A stretch of 64,000 nucleotides of DNA from an uncultured Gammaproteobacteria bacterium (lineage in GTDB: Bacteria; Pseudomonadota; Gammaproteobacteria; Steroidobacterales; BM003): the NCBI GenBank assembly GCA_963783695.1, contig CAWAOM010000006.1, positions 546,888-610,887 of the forward strand, written 5' to 3'. Shown here piece by piece: positions 38,812 to 47,784 of this stretch. The notes under the pieces were generated by a model. The model did not search any database, was not told the DNA's origin, and saw only the letters and a program-made list of their open reading frames with translations. Both the position numbers and the translations under genes were made by a program. Every line of letters starts with the position of its first letter. Position 1 is the first letter of the stretch.

Positions 38812-39698
38812 GCTCCGCCAGGCAGCACCGCGGCAGCATACTCGTCGAAGACGCTGTTGTGCTTGGGCAGCAGGCCTTCGACGGCGACCAGTATATTCTC
38901 CGGGTCAGCGCGAAACGCAGTGCTGCGCGCGCGCTGCCCGGGCAGTTTGCACACCTGACCTGCGATCCGGCACTGCCGATGCGGCGACCGCTGTCGATCA
39001 TGCGGGTCGATGCGGCAGCGGGGTGGATGGATTTTTTATACAAGGTCGTCGGCACCGGTTCGCGCATGCTCAGCCACAGGGGCAAGGGCGACGTCATTAG
39101 CTTGCTGGCCCCGATCGGGCAACCGTTCGAACTCCACGAAGAGCGGCGCAAACCGCTGCTGATTGGCGGCGGCGTCGGCATACCGCCGATGGTGTTTCTT
39201 GCCGATCACATCGCCCACTCGGTCAGCGGTTGGCAGCCGCTGGTCCTGATGGGGTCGGAAATACCGTTCCCGTTTGTGTCGCGGCCGTCGTCAATTCTGA
39301 TCGATGGCATGCCGGATGCTGCCATTGCCAGCATGCCGTTGCTCGAGGACTGGGGCATACCCTGTCGACTCTCTTCACTGCAGGGGTACCCCGGTTGTTT
39401 CGACGGTTACGTGACCGACCTTGCACGGACATGGCTGAGCAAGCTGGACGAGGTCGCGCTCGGCGAGGTCGAGATGTTCGCCTGCGGCCCTACTCCGATG
39501 TTACGGGCAGCGGCGCAGGTCGCCGCGGAATTCGGTCTGCCGTGCCAGGTGTCTCTGGAAGAATACATGGCCTGCGCGGTCGGCGGATGCGCTGGCTGCA
39601 CCGTGCTGGTGCAGACCGACGAAGGTCCCGCGATGAAACGGGTGTGTGTGGACGGACCGGTATTCGATGCCTACCGGGTGTTTCCACCAGCCGCCTGA
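38808..39698 (+). CDS. pyrK: Dihydroorotate dehydrogenase electron transfer subunit (PyrK-like)
   Basis: RRPLSI, GGGVGIPP, ACGP, MACAVGGCAGC..RVCVDGPVF [2Fe-2S] motif. Confidence 0.88.
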   Translation: MSSARQHRGSILVEDAVVLGQQAFDGDQYILRVSAKRSAARALPGQFAHLTCDPALPMRRPLSIMRVDAAAGWMDFLYKVVGTGSRMLSHRGKGDVISLLAPIGQPFELHEERRKPLLIGGGVGIPPMVFLADHIAHSVSGWQPLVLMGSEIPFPFVSRPSSILIDGMPDAAIASMPLLEDWGIPCRLSSLQGYPGCFDGYVTDLARTWLSKLDEVALGEVEMFACGPTPMLRAAAQVAAEFGLPCQVSLEEYMACAVGGCAGCTVLVQTDEGPAMKRVCVDGPVFDAYRVFPPAA

Positions 39699-39704
39699 GC
39701 GCAC

Positions 39705-40760
39705 TCAGCCAAAGTTGATCTGCGCCTCGAGGTTGGCGCGGGAATCGGCATTTTTCAATGCATCCTCGAGACCGATGCGGCCGCTGCGGTAGAGCTCGAG
39801 CAAAGCCTTGTCAAAACTCTGCACGCCCGGCTCAGAACTGTCGTTAAGCGCTTCCTTGATACCCCCGACGTCGCCCTTCAACACAAGTTCGGCGATATGC
39901 GGTGTGTTCAGCAGAACCTCCACCGCGGCAACGCGCCGTCCGTCCTTGCCGGGCACCAGGCGTTGCGAAATGATCGCTTTGAGATAGTGGGACAAATCGA
40001 GATAGACCTGGTTGTGCTGGTCTTCCGGGAACATGTTGATGATGCGATCGATAGTTTCCGCAGAGTTGTTCGAATGCAGCGTGGCCACGGCCAGGTGCCC
40101 GGTTCCCGCCAGCGAAATCGCCGCCTCCATCGTCTCCCGATCGCGAATCTCGCCGATCTGAATGACATCCGGCGCCGCACGCATCGCGCTTTTCAGCGCA
40201 CGAGCGTAACTGACCGTATCGAGGCCGACCTCTCGCTGGTTGATGATCGAGCGCTTGTTCGGATGGAGGAACTCGATCGGGTCCTCGATCGTCAGAATAT
40301 GCGACGCCGTATTCTCGTTGCGGTGATTGATCATCGCCGCCAGCGTCGTCGACTTGCCATTCCCTGCGGCACCGACCATCAGGATCAGACCGCGCTTTAG
40401 CAGGGCAAGATCCGAGAGCACCTCGGGCAACCCGAAATCGTCGAGCCGCGGCATCTCCATCGTGATGTAACGCACAACCATTGCGATATTGCCGCGCTGA
40501 TGGAACACATTGATACGGAATCTGCCAAGACCGGCCTCGGAAACCGCGAAATCGATTTCGAGCTCTTTTGCGAATTTCTTTTGCTGGTCGACATCCATCA
40601 GCCCGAACACGGCATCCCTGATCATCTCGGGGGTCAGGGTGGTCTTGTTGACGTTGACGATCTTGCCCTCGATCTTGATCTTGATCGGTGCATACGTCGT
40701 AAAGAAGAGATCGGACGCGTCCTTCTCGACCATCAACTGAAACAGCGACTTGACGTTCAT
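39705..40760 (-). CDS. Second PilU-like type IV pilus retraction ATPase
   Basis: GAAGNGKST, TIEDPIE, QREVG, IGEIRD, TGHL..TLH. Confidence 0.9.
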   Translation of the reverse strand: MNVKSLFQLMVEKDASDLFFTTYAPIKIKIEGKIVNVNKTTLTPEMIRDAVFGLMDVDQQKKFAKELEIDFAVSEAGLGRFRINVFHQRGNIAMVVRYITMEMPRLDDFGLPEVLSDLALLKRGLILMVGAAGNGKSTTLAAMINHRNENTASHILTIEDPIEFLHPNKRSIINQREVGLDTVSYARALKSAMRAAPDVIQIGEIRDRETMEAAISLAGTGHLAVATLHSNNSAETIDRIINMFPEDQHNQVYLDLSHYLKAIISQRLVPGKDGRRVAAVEVLLNTPHIAELVLKGDVGGIKEALNDSSEPGVQSFDKALLELYRSGRIGLEDALKNADSRANLEAQINFG

Positions 40761-40801
40761 CTATTGCTCTCGCGACCGGTGTATTGAATGCATCGAACAG
40801 A

Positions 40802-41959
40802 TCAGAATTGCCGACCACCCGGGTCCTCGGCCAACTGCAGACTGGTGGCTCCCTCCCCGGTTTCGCCGAATTCGCGTTTGCTTTCGAGTTTGATCTTGAG
40901 CCGCAGCTCGTTCTTGGAGTCGGCATTACGCAATGCCTCCTCATAGGAGATCTTGCGCTCCTCGTATAGCTCAAACAGGTGCTGGTCAAAAGTCCGCATC
41001 CCGAGACGGGTCGATTTGGCCATCACCTCTTTAATTTTGGCCACCTCGCCCTTGAAGATCAGATCGGCGATCAAAGGCGAATGCAGCATGATTTCCATTG
41101 CCGCAACCCGGCCCTTGTCGTTATCGCGCGGAATCAGGCGCTGCGAGATCATCGAACGAATATTCAGTGACAAGTCCATCAACAACTGATCGCGCTTCTC
41201 TTCGGGAAAGAAGTTGATGATTCGATCCAGCGCCTGGTTAGCGCTGTTCGCATGCAGCGTCGCGAGACACAGATGGCCGGTCTCCGCAAACTGAATGCCG
41301 TATTCCATCGTATCGCGATCCCGAATCTCACCGATCATGATCACGTCCGGAGCCTGGCGTAGCGTGTTTTTCAATGCAGTCCCCCAGTCTTCGGTGTCGA
41401 CCCCGACCTCGCGCTGGGTAACCACGCAACCCAAATGACTGTGGACGTATTCGATCGGGTCCTCGATCGTGATGATGTGGCCGCGCGTATTCTGGTTGCG
41501 ATAACCGATCATTGAGGCGAGCGTGGTCGACTTACCGGTACCGGTGCCGCCTACGACGATGACCAGGCCACGCTTGGTCATGACGATCTCTTTCAGAACC
41601 GGCGGGAGCTGCAACTCCTCGAGCTGCGGAATCTCGGTGTTGATGGTACGCAAAACCGCGCCGACACTGCCCTGCTGGACAAAAGCGCTGACCCGGAAAC
41701 GTCCGATATGCTGGGGCGCTATTGCAAAATTGCACTCTTTGGTGGCATCGAACAACTTGCGCTGATTGTCATTCATGATCGAGCGGACGATCAGCGCGCT
41801 TTGTTCCTCGCCAAGCGGCCGGTCGGACGCGGGGCGAATGCTGCCGTCGATTTTTATCGCAGGCGGAAAACCCGCCGTGATAAACAAGTCTGACCCGTCT
41901 ACCTCGACCATGCGTTTCAGCAGGTCCTGCATGAGGCGTACTGCCTGATCGCGTTCCAT
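40802..41959 (-). CDS. pilU: Type IV pilus ATPase PilU
   Basis: GTGKST, RQAPDVI, HANSANQALDRI, DLSLN. Confidence 0.93.
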   Translation of the reverse strand: MERDQAVRLMQDLLKRMVEVDGSDLFITAGFPPAIKIDGSIRPASDRPLGEEQSALIVRSIMNDNQRKLFDATKECNFAIAPQHIGRFRVSAFVQQGSVGAVLRTINTEIPQLEELQLPPVLKEIVMTKRGLVIVVGGTGTGKSTTLASMIGYRNQNTRGHIITIEDPIEYVHSHLGCVVTQREVGVDTEDWGTALKNTLRQAPDVIMIGEIRDRDTMEYGIQFAETGHLCLATLHANSANQALDRIINFFPEEKRDQLLMDLSLNIRSMISQRLIPRDNDKGRVAAMEIMLHSPLIADLIFKGEVAKIKEVMAKSTRLGMRTFDQHLFELYEERKISYEEALRNADSKNELRLKIKLESKREFGETGEGATSLQLAEDPGGRQF

Positions 41960-41987
41960 ACTCAGTCTCCGCTGGGCACCCGGCCCG

Positions 41988-43028
41988 TCAGAATGATTCT
42001 TTGTTGGCCGCCCGGAAGCGTGCTTCCTCCCGGCTCACGACGCTCTTTGCCACCAGTTCCTGCAAACACTGATCCAGTGTTTGCATGCCTGACGACTGCC
42101 CTGTCTGGATCGCCGAATACATCTGCGCGACCTTGCCTTCCCGTATCAGGTTTCTGATGGCGGGCGTACCGATCATGATCTCGTGAGCGGCAATACGGCC
42201 GCCACCGGTTTTCTTCAGCAGCGTCTGCGATATGACCGCCCGCAGCGACTCCGACAGCATCGCGCGCACCATCTCTTTCTCTGCTGCCGGGAAAACGTCA
42301 ACCACACGGTCCATGGTCTTGGCGGCCGAACTGGTATGCAACGTCCCGAACACAAGGTGACCGGTCTCGGCCGCGGTCAGTGCCAGCCGGATGGTCTCGA
42401 GATCGCGCAATTCGCCCACCAGCACCACGTCCGGATCCTCGCGCAGCGCCGAGCGCAGGGCTTCGGCAAATCCAAGCGTGTCGCGGTGTACCTCGCGCTG
42501 GTTAATCAGTGATTTGCGGCTTTCGTGAACAAATTCGATAGGGTCTTCGATAGTCAGAATGTGGTCGGGCTTGTTGTCGTTGATGTAATGAACCATCGCC
42601 GCCAGCGTCGTCGATTTTCCCGAACCCGTTGGTCCGGTGACCAGCACAATGCCGCGCGGCTGCAGGCAAATGTCCTTGAAAATCTTCGGCGCGCCGAGAT
42701 CGTCCAGGCTCAGAATCTCCGACGGGATGTTGCGGAACACCGCGGCCGCGCCCCTGTTCTGATTAAAGGCATTGACACGAAAGCGCGCAAGCTTCGGAAT
42801 TTCAAAGGAAAAATCGGTCTCGAAAAATTCCTCGAAGTCCTTGCGCTGCTTGTCGTTCATGATGTCGTACACCATGCTGTGCACGTCTTTGTGCGACAGC
42901 GCCGGCATGTTGATTCGTTTGACATCACCGTCTACGCGTATCATTGGCGGCACCCCAGAGGACAGGTGCAAATCCGACGCATTGTGCTTGACGGCAAAGG
43001 ACAACAACTGCGTGATATCGACCGACAT
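41988..43028 (-). CDS. pilT: Type IV pilus retraction ATPase PilT
   Basis: GPTGSGKST, ALREDPD, AETGHLV, AIRNLIRE motif. Confidence 0.97.
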   Translation of the reverse strand: MSVDITQLLSFAVKHNASDLHLSSGVPPMIRVDGDVKRINMPALSHKDVHSMVYDIMNDKQRKDFEEFFETDFSFEIPKLARFRVNAFNQNRGAAAVFRNIPSEILSLDDLGAPKIFKDICLQPRGIVLVTGPTGSGKSTTLAAMVHYINDNKPDHILTIEDPIEFVHESRKSLINQREVHRDTLGFAEALRSALREDPDVVLVGELRDLETIRLALTAAETGHLVFGTLHTSSAAKTMDRVVDVFPAAEKEMVRAMLSESLRAVISQTLLKKTGGGRIAAHEIMIGTPAIRNLIREGKVAQMYSAIQTGQSSGMQTLDQCLQELVAKSVVSREEARFRAANKESF

Positions 43029-43134
43029 TCACCCTCCCTTACAGATGCAATATTGAGCTCGACGTGCTGAGTGTACTTTACATAAGACGAGTCACGATCG
43101 AGAGCCAGTATAGCCAAGCCCCGGGCCCGCGGAA

Positions 43135-43830
43135 GTGACGGACATCACGAATAATCTGCAAACGGTGCGCAAGCGGGTAGCCGCCGCGGCCGTCGCGACC
43201 GGCAGAGATCCGTCCGAGGTGATGCTGCTGGCGGTAAGTAAAGGCCAGCCAATGTCGGCGATTCGCCGCGCCGTGGCCGCGGGACAGCGGGATTTCGGCG
43301 AAAATTACCTCCAGGACGCCATCGCCAAAATCGACGGGCTCGCAAATCCTGACCTGAGTTGGCACTTTATCGGTCACCTGCAGAGCAACAAAACCCGCGA
43401 AGTTGCCGCCCGTTTTGCCTGGGTCCACACCGTCGACAGCGTGCGCATCGCGCGCAGGCTAAGCGACCAGCGCCCGCCCGAGGCAGCGCCGCTCAACATC
43501 TGCCTGCAGGTACGAATTGGCGACGAGACGACGAAATTCGGCGTCCAACCCGGGCAGGCACGCGAGCTGGCCGCCGCAGTCAAGCCGCTCGGCGGCGTCC
43601 GTCTGCGTGGCCTGATGTGTATCCCCCCACCGGCTCCGGACCCGACAACGCAGCGCGCCCAGTTCGCCCGGTTGCGAACGCTCTATGAGACGTTGCGCGA
43701 TGACGGCTTCGAGATGGATACATTATCGATGGGTATGTCGGCAGACCTGGAGGCCGCGATCGCCGAGGGTGCGACCATCGTTCGGGTCGGGACGGCGATT
43801 TTTGGCCCGCGTGAAGTGCTGCGCGACTAG
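43135..43830 (+). CDS. yggS: PLP homeostasis protein YggS
   Basis: LAVSK, FGENY, WHFIGHLQSNK, LSMGMS, VRVGTAIFG. Confidence 0.96.
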   Translation: MTDITNNLQTVRKRVAAAAVATGRDPSEVMLLAVSKGQPMSAIRRAVAAGQRDFGENYLQDAIAKIDGLANPDLSWHFIGHLQSNKTREVAARFAWVHTVDSVRIARRLSDQRPPEAAPLNICLQVRIGDETTKFGVQPGQARELAAAVKPLGGVRLRGLMCIPPPAPDPTTQRAQFARLRTLYETLRDDGFEMDTLSMGMSADLEAAIAEGATIVRVGTAIFGPREVLRD

Positions 43831-43899
43831 CTGAGGCTGGCCCGACACCCACGCGGCGGCTATGCTAGGCGCGATTTTTTGCGGCGGACCAGCAGCACT

Positions 43900-44727
43900 A
43901 TGGCAGATCCCAAACTTGGGTTTATCGGTGGCGGCAATATGGCGCAGGCGATCGTCGGCGGCCTGATCGGCAATGGTTACTCCAGGGAGCGGATAACCGT
44001 GGCTGATCCGCTGGCGCAACAACGCTCCCTGGTCGAAGAACGGCTTGGCATCGAGGCGGTCGGCGACAACCGGGTCGCTGTCGGCGGCAGCGATGTGCTC
44101 ATTCTCGCAGTCAAACCGCAAATGCTGCGCGAGGTTTGTCGCGGGATTGCCGCGGCGGTCCACAATGCTCGCCCCCTTGTGCTTTCGGTCGCGGCCGGGG
44201 TCGGCATACGCGACATTTCGCGCTGGCTCGGCGAACCCATTGCGTTGATTCGGGTAATGCCCAACAGCCCTGCGCTGGTCGGCGCTGGCGTCACCGCGAT
44301 GTTCGCCAACGAGCATGTCGACACCGCGCAAAAGGCGGTTGCCGAGCGTCTGATGAGTGCGGTCGGCTCGGTGGTCTGGCTCGACAGCGAATCCCTGCTC
44401 GACCCGGTGACCGCCGTTTCCGGAAGCGGGCCGGCTTATTTTTTCCTGCTGATGGAAATCATGGAGCAGGTTGGCATCGAAATGGGCCTGTCCGCCGATG
44501 CGGCCCGAACGCTAACTACGCAGACAGCGGCCGGAGCGGCGCAAATGGCACTACAGCCCGGGCTCGACCTGGTTTCGCTGCGGCAACAGGTGACCTCGCC
44601 CGGCGGTACGACAGAAGCCGCATTGCGGACGCTCGATGATGCGGACCTTCGCGGAATCGTGCGCGCCGCGCTGTTCGCCGCGCGTGACCGCGGTACGCAA
44701 CTAGCCAACACGTTCGGTTCAGACTAG
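43900..44727 (+). CDS. proC: Pyrroline-5-carboxylate reductase
   Basis: FIGGGNMA, AVKPQ, RVMPN, SGSGPAY, VTSPGGTT. Confidence 0.96.
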   Translation: MADPKLGFIGGGNMAQAIVGGLIGNGYSRERITVADPLAQQRSLVEERLGIEAVGDNRVAVGGSDVLILAVKPQMLREVCRGIAAAVHNARPLVLSVAAGVGIRDISRWLGEPIALIRVMPNSPALVGAGVTAMFANEHVDTAQKAVAERLMSAVGSVVWLDSESLLDPVTAVSGSGPAYFFLLMEIMEQVGIEMGLSADAARTLTTQTAAGAAQMALQPGLDLVSLRQQVTSPGGTTEAALRTLDDADLRGIVRAALFAARDRGTQLANTFGSD

Positions 44728-44736
44728 GGGAATACC

Positions 44737-45267
44737 TTGGAAGCGATCAGATTTATCGTCGACAGCCTGCTGCAGTTATTCATCCTGGCTTTTGTGCTGC
44801 GTTTCTTGCTGCAACTCGTGCGCGCGAACTTCTACAACCCCATTTCTCAGGCAATCCTGCGTATCACTGATCCCCTGGTTGTACCGGCGCGGCGCATAAT
44901 CCCCGGCTGGAAGGGGATCGATATTGCAACCCTCGTCGTAATCCTGGTGCTCGAACTTGCCGCGGCCCAGGTACTGTTTGGTCTGTATGGCATGGGTTTC
45001 GTTGGTATTGGACCATTGTTCGCGGCAGCCATCGTGAAACTGGTGCGGACCGTAATCCAGGTGTACTTCTTTGCCCTGTTGATTTATGCGCTGCTCAGCT
45101 GGTTCGGCGGACCGCAGGGACATCACCCGGCAGTCGGTCTCCTGTCGAGTCTGTGCGAGCCGCTGTTGCGCCCGGTGCGGCGCATCATTCCGCCGGTCGG
45201 AGGTCTGGATCTCTCGGTCCTGTTCCTGCTGCTGGGGCTCCAGGCACTATTGCTTCTGTTCCGCTGA
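44737..45267 (+). CDS. yggT: YggT family membrane protein
   Basis: ANFYNPISQ, TDPLVVPARR, PPVGGLDLS. Confidence 0.92.
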   Translation: MEAIRFIVDSLLQLFILAFVLRFLLQLVRANFYNPISQAILRITDPLVVPARRIIPGWKGIDIATLVVILVLELAAAQVLFGLYGMGFVGIGPLFAAAIVKLVRTVIQVYFFALLIYALLSWFGGPQGHHPAVGLLSSLCEPLLRPVRRIIPPVGGLDLSVLFLLLGLQALLLLFR

Positions 45268-45275
45268 GAATAGCC

Positions 45276-45593
45276 GTGCGCAATCGACCAGACTGGCACG
45301 GCTGGGACGGTGAAGACCTGATCCTGCGATTGCGGGTAAGGCCGGGTTCAGACTGCAACGGTTTCACTGCAATCGTCGGCGACAGACTCGGATTTTGTAC
45401 TACCGCCCCGCCAGTCGATGGCAAGGCCAACGCAGCGGTTACACGCTTTCTCGCAAAAGCCTTCGGTGTGCCGCGCCGCAATGTTGCGCTGACTCACGGC
45501 ATGCTCGGCAGGGACAAATGCGTTCGGATCGCAAAACCACGTAAAATTCCGGCCAAAGTGGCCGATCTGCTGTCGGCGAAGGCGCGCGGATAG
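45276..45593 (+). CDS. DUF167/YggU family protein
   Basis: APPVDGKAN, LAKAFGV; position after yggT. Confidence 0.85.
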   Translation: MRNRPDWHGWDGEDLILRLRVRPGSDCNGFTAIVGDRLGFCTTAPPVDGKANAAVTRFLAKAFGVPRRNVALTHGMLGRDKCVRIAKPRKIPAKVADLLSAKARG

Positions 45594-45636
45594 GCTATAG
45601 TTAGCGGGTGCTGGACCGGTGATGAAGGGGCAGGCG

Positions 45637-46137
45637 ATGCGAGGCACGATAACAGCCGTTGTTTTTGGATTCCTGGTAGCGGGCTGTGGCGGCGGTGGCG
45701 AACCGCAACCACCGGTCGTTGTGCTGGATAGCGGTGGCTCTGCGGGGCAAAACCAGAACTCCAACTCCAAGGACTTCGGTGAATACGTACTCCATTTCAA
45801 TGCCCTGACGACTGACGGCATTACCGCGGAAGTCGCACGCCAGTACGGTATTACGCGCAGCTCGAACCGCGCATTGCTCAATGTTTCGATTGTTAAGAAG
45901 CAGGAAGCGGGTACGGACCGGCCGGTAGCGGGCAGTGTCACTGCGCGCGTGGTCAACCTGACCGGTCAATTAAAAAATCTCGAATTGCGGCAAATCGTTG
46001 ATGGCGATGCCGTGTACTATATCGGCGAAGTGCCGGTAGCCAACCGGGAAACGCTCATCTTCGACATTTCGGCGACGCCAATTAATGAATCAAGCCGGTT
46101 CGATGCGCGGTTCCAGCAGCAGTTTTTTATCGATTAG
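45637..46137 (+). CDS. DUF4426-like lipoprotein
   Basis: Lipobox LVAGC; FGEYVLHFNA, YGITRS, NLTGQ, AVYYI. Confidence 0.8.
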   Translation: MRGTITAVVFGFLVAGCGGGGEPQPPVVVLDSGGSAGQNQNSNSKDFGEYVLHFNALTTDGITAEVARQYGITRSSNRALLNVSIVKKQEAGTDRPVAGSVTARVVNLTGQLKNLELRQIVDGDAVYYIGEVPVANRETLIFDISATPINESSRFDARFQQQFFID

Positions 46138-46283
46138 CAGCGGCCTCGAGATGCTCAGGTAATGTCGATCAAGAAAGAAAAAACACGGACATGCTTAACC
46201 GAATGGCAGCCTTATGGTATAAGCCCGCGGACGCACCGGCATGGCCGATTCCTTCGTTCGCCTGATTAATACAGGAGAAAGAC

Positions 46284-46619
46284 ATGGCAGCGAAAAAGAA
46301 AACTGCAGCGGTTGCAGCGAAGCCGCCCACAAAAAGTGAGATTTTCACCAAGATCTCCACCGATACGGGTCTGACCAAGAAACAGGTCGGCGAAGTATTC
46401 GACTCACTCAATCTCATCATCAAGCGCAACGTCGGCCGTCGCGGCCCGGGCGTATTCACGCTGCCCGGCTTGATGAAAATCAAGGTAGTCAAGAAACCTG
46501 CCACCAAGGCGCGCAAGGGCATCAACCCGTTCACGGGCGAAGAGATGATGTTCAAAGCCAAGCCGGCACGCAAGACTGCCAAGATCCTGGCACTGAAGGG
46601 GCTGAAAGATATGCTCTGA
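46284..46619 (+). CDS. HU-like histone-like DNA-binding protein
   Basis: TKSEI, FTLPGL.KI, RKGINPFTGE, AKPA; strong AGGAG RBS. Confidence 0.92.
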   Translation: MAAKKKTAAVAAKPPTKSEIFTKISTDTGLTKKQVGEVFDSLNLIIKRNVGRRGPGVFTLPGLMKIKVVKKPATKARKGINPFTGEEMMFKAKPARKTAKILALKGLKDML

Positions 46620-46641
46620 ACCCGTGACGGGATCGGACTGG

Positions 46642-46672
46642 AAAGCCCTGCGCTCGCGCGGGGCTTTTTTTT
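46642..46672 (+). terminator. Rho-independent terminator
   Basis: AAAGCCCTGCG-ctcg-CGCGGGGCTTTTTTTT. Confidence 0.9.
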
Positions 46673-46675
46673 GGG

Positions 46676-47146
46676 TTAGCTGCGCGCCTTTATTGCTTCC
46701 ACGGCGTCGTGTCGCAGGCGGACCATTTCACGGTGCGGCACATACAGCAGTTCGGCTACCTTGCGTACCAGTGCATCTTCGTAACGATGCAGATGTTCAT
46801 CGGCCACGCTGATCTTCCATAGCATGCCAATGACCCGCGACTTCTCGGATTCGTCCAGTTCGTCGTTGAGCAACCGCGTGAAGCCATGCAGTGACACCGC
46901 GCTGTCCGCCTCATCTTCGGCTAAGCGCATTAGCGCTTCGGCCTCGTTCGGAGTCAATTCGAATTCCGACTTCAGCGTCTGGAACACCGCCTCGCTCTCG
47001 ACGACATTTTCGCGGAAATCGGCACGCGCGACTTCGATCAGAAGCGCTGCGGTCGCTACTTTAACCGCATGCTCGCGGTCTTCTTCCTTTGTCTCGTCAT
47101 CGCCACGAAGCGCATCTTCGATAATTTTCTGTAGGGCCTTTATCAC
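46676..47146 (-). CDS. TerB family protein
   Basis: ALLIEVARAD, LWKISVADE, E..LVRKVAELLYV. Confidence 0.85.
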   Translation of the reverse strand: MIKALQKIIEDALRGDDETKEEDREHAVKVATAALLIEVARADFRENVVESEAVFQTLKSEFELTPNEAEALMRLAEDEADSAVSLHGFTRLLNDELDESEKSRVIGMLWKISVADEHLHRYEDALVRKVAELLYVPHREMVRLRHDAVEAIKARS

Positions 47147-47784
47147 GTCTGTAGTTCCTCGTAGGTCCATTCGATCAAGCAATCCTTGAGCTGGGTCAGC
47201 CGACCATGAAAAAAATGGTCGACCCCCTGCAGGACTATCAAATGCGGTCCCGGCTCGAGCTCATTCACCCAAGCTATGACCGCGTCGACATCTACCAGTT
47301 CGTCCTCATCACCAATAAGGATGAGCCACGGGCAATCCGGTTGCGACACGGTCGCCATGTCCATGCGGTATACCGGCGGCGCGACCGTCACCAGTCGATC
47401 TATCCGTCGCTGCCCCGCCGCCGCAATAGCGACCATCCCACCAAACGAAAATCCGCCAAGCCACAGCGGCCGCCCGGGCCAGCGCTGACGCGCGAAATCC
47501 AGCACCGCCACGGCGTCTTCGACTTCGCCCAGGCCATCGGCGTAGGCTCCCTCGCTGGCGCCAACACCGCGAAAATTGAAGCGCACGGTAACCAGCCCGA
47601 GCGCCGCAAGGGTGCGCGCGAGCGTATGCGCCACCTTATTGTGCATGGTACCGCCATGCTGCGGATGCGGATGACAAATCACCGCCACCGCTCTCGCGGC
47701 ATCGGCACTGGCATCGGACAGCAGACCTTGCAGATTCCCTGCTGGCCCGGCTATCGAGATTTCTGTTTCTACCAGTCGCTTCAT
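47143..47784 (-). CDS. Alpha/beta hydrolase
   Basis: CHPHPQHGGTM, RFNFRGVG, GFSFGG, HFF. Confidence 0.9.
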   Translation of the reverse strand: MKRLVETEISIAGPAGNLQGLLSDASADAARAVAVICHPHPQHGGTMHNKVAHTLARTLAALGLVTVRFNFRGVGASEGAYADGLGEVEDAVAVLDFARQRWPGRPLWLGGFSFGGMVAIAAAGQRRIDRLVTVAPPVYRMDMATVSQPDCPWLILIGDEDELVDVDAVIAWVNELEPGPHLIVLQGVDHFFHGRLTQLKDCLIEWTYEELQT

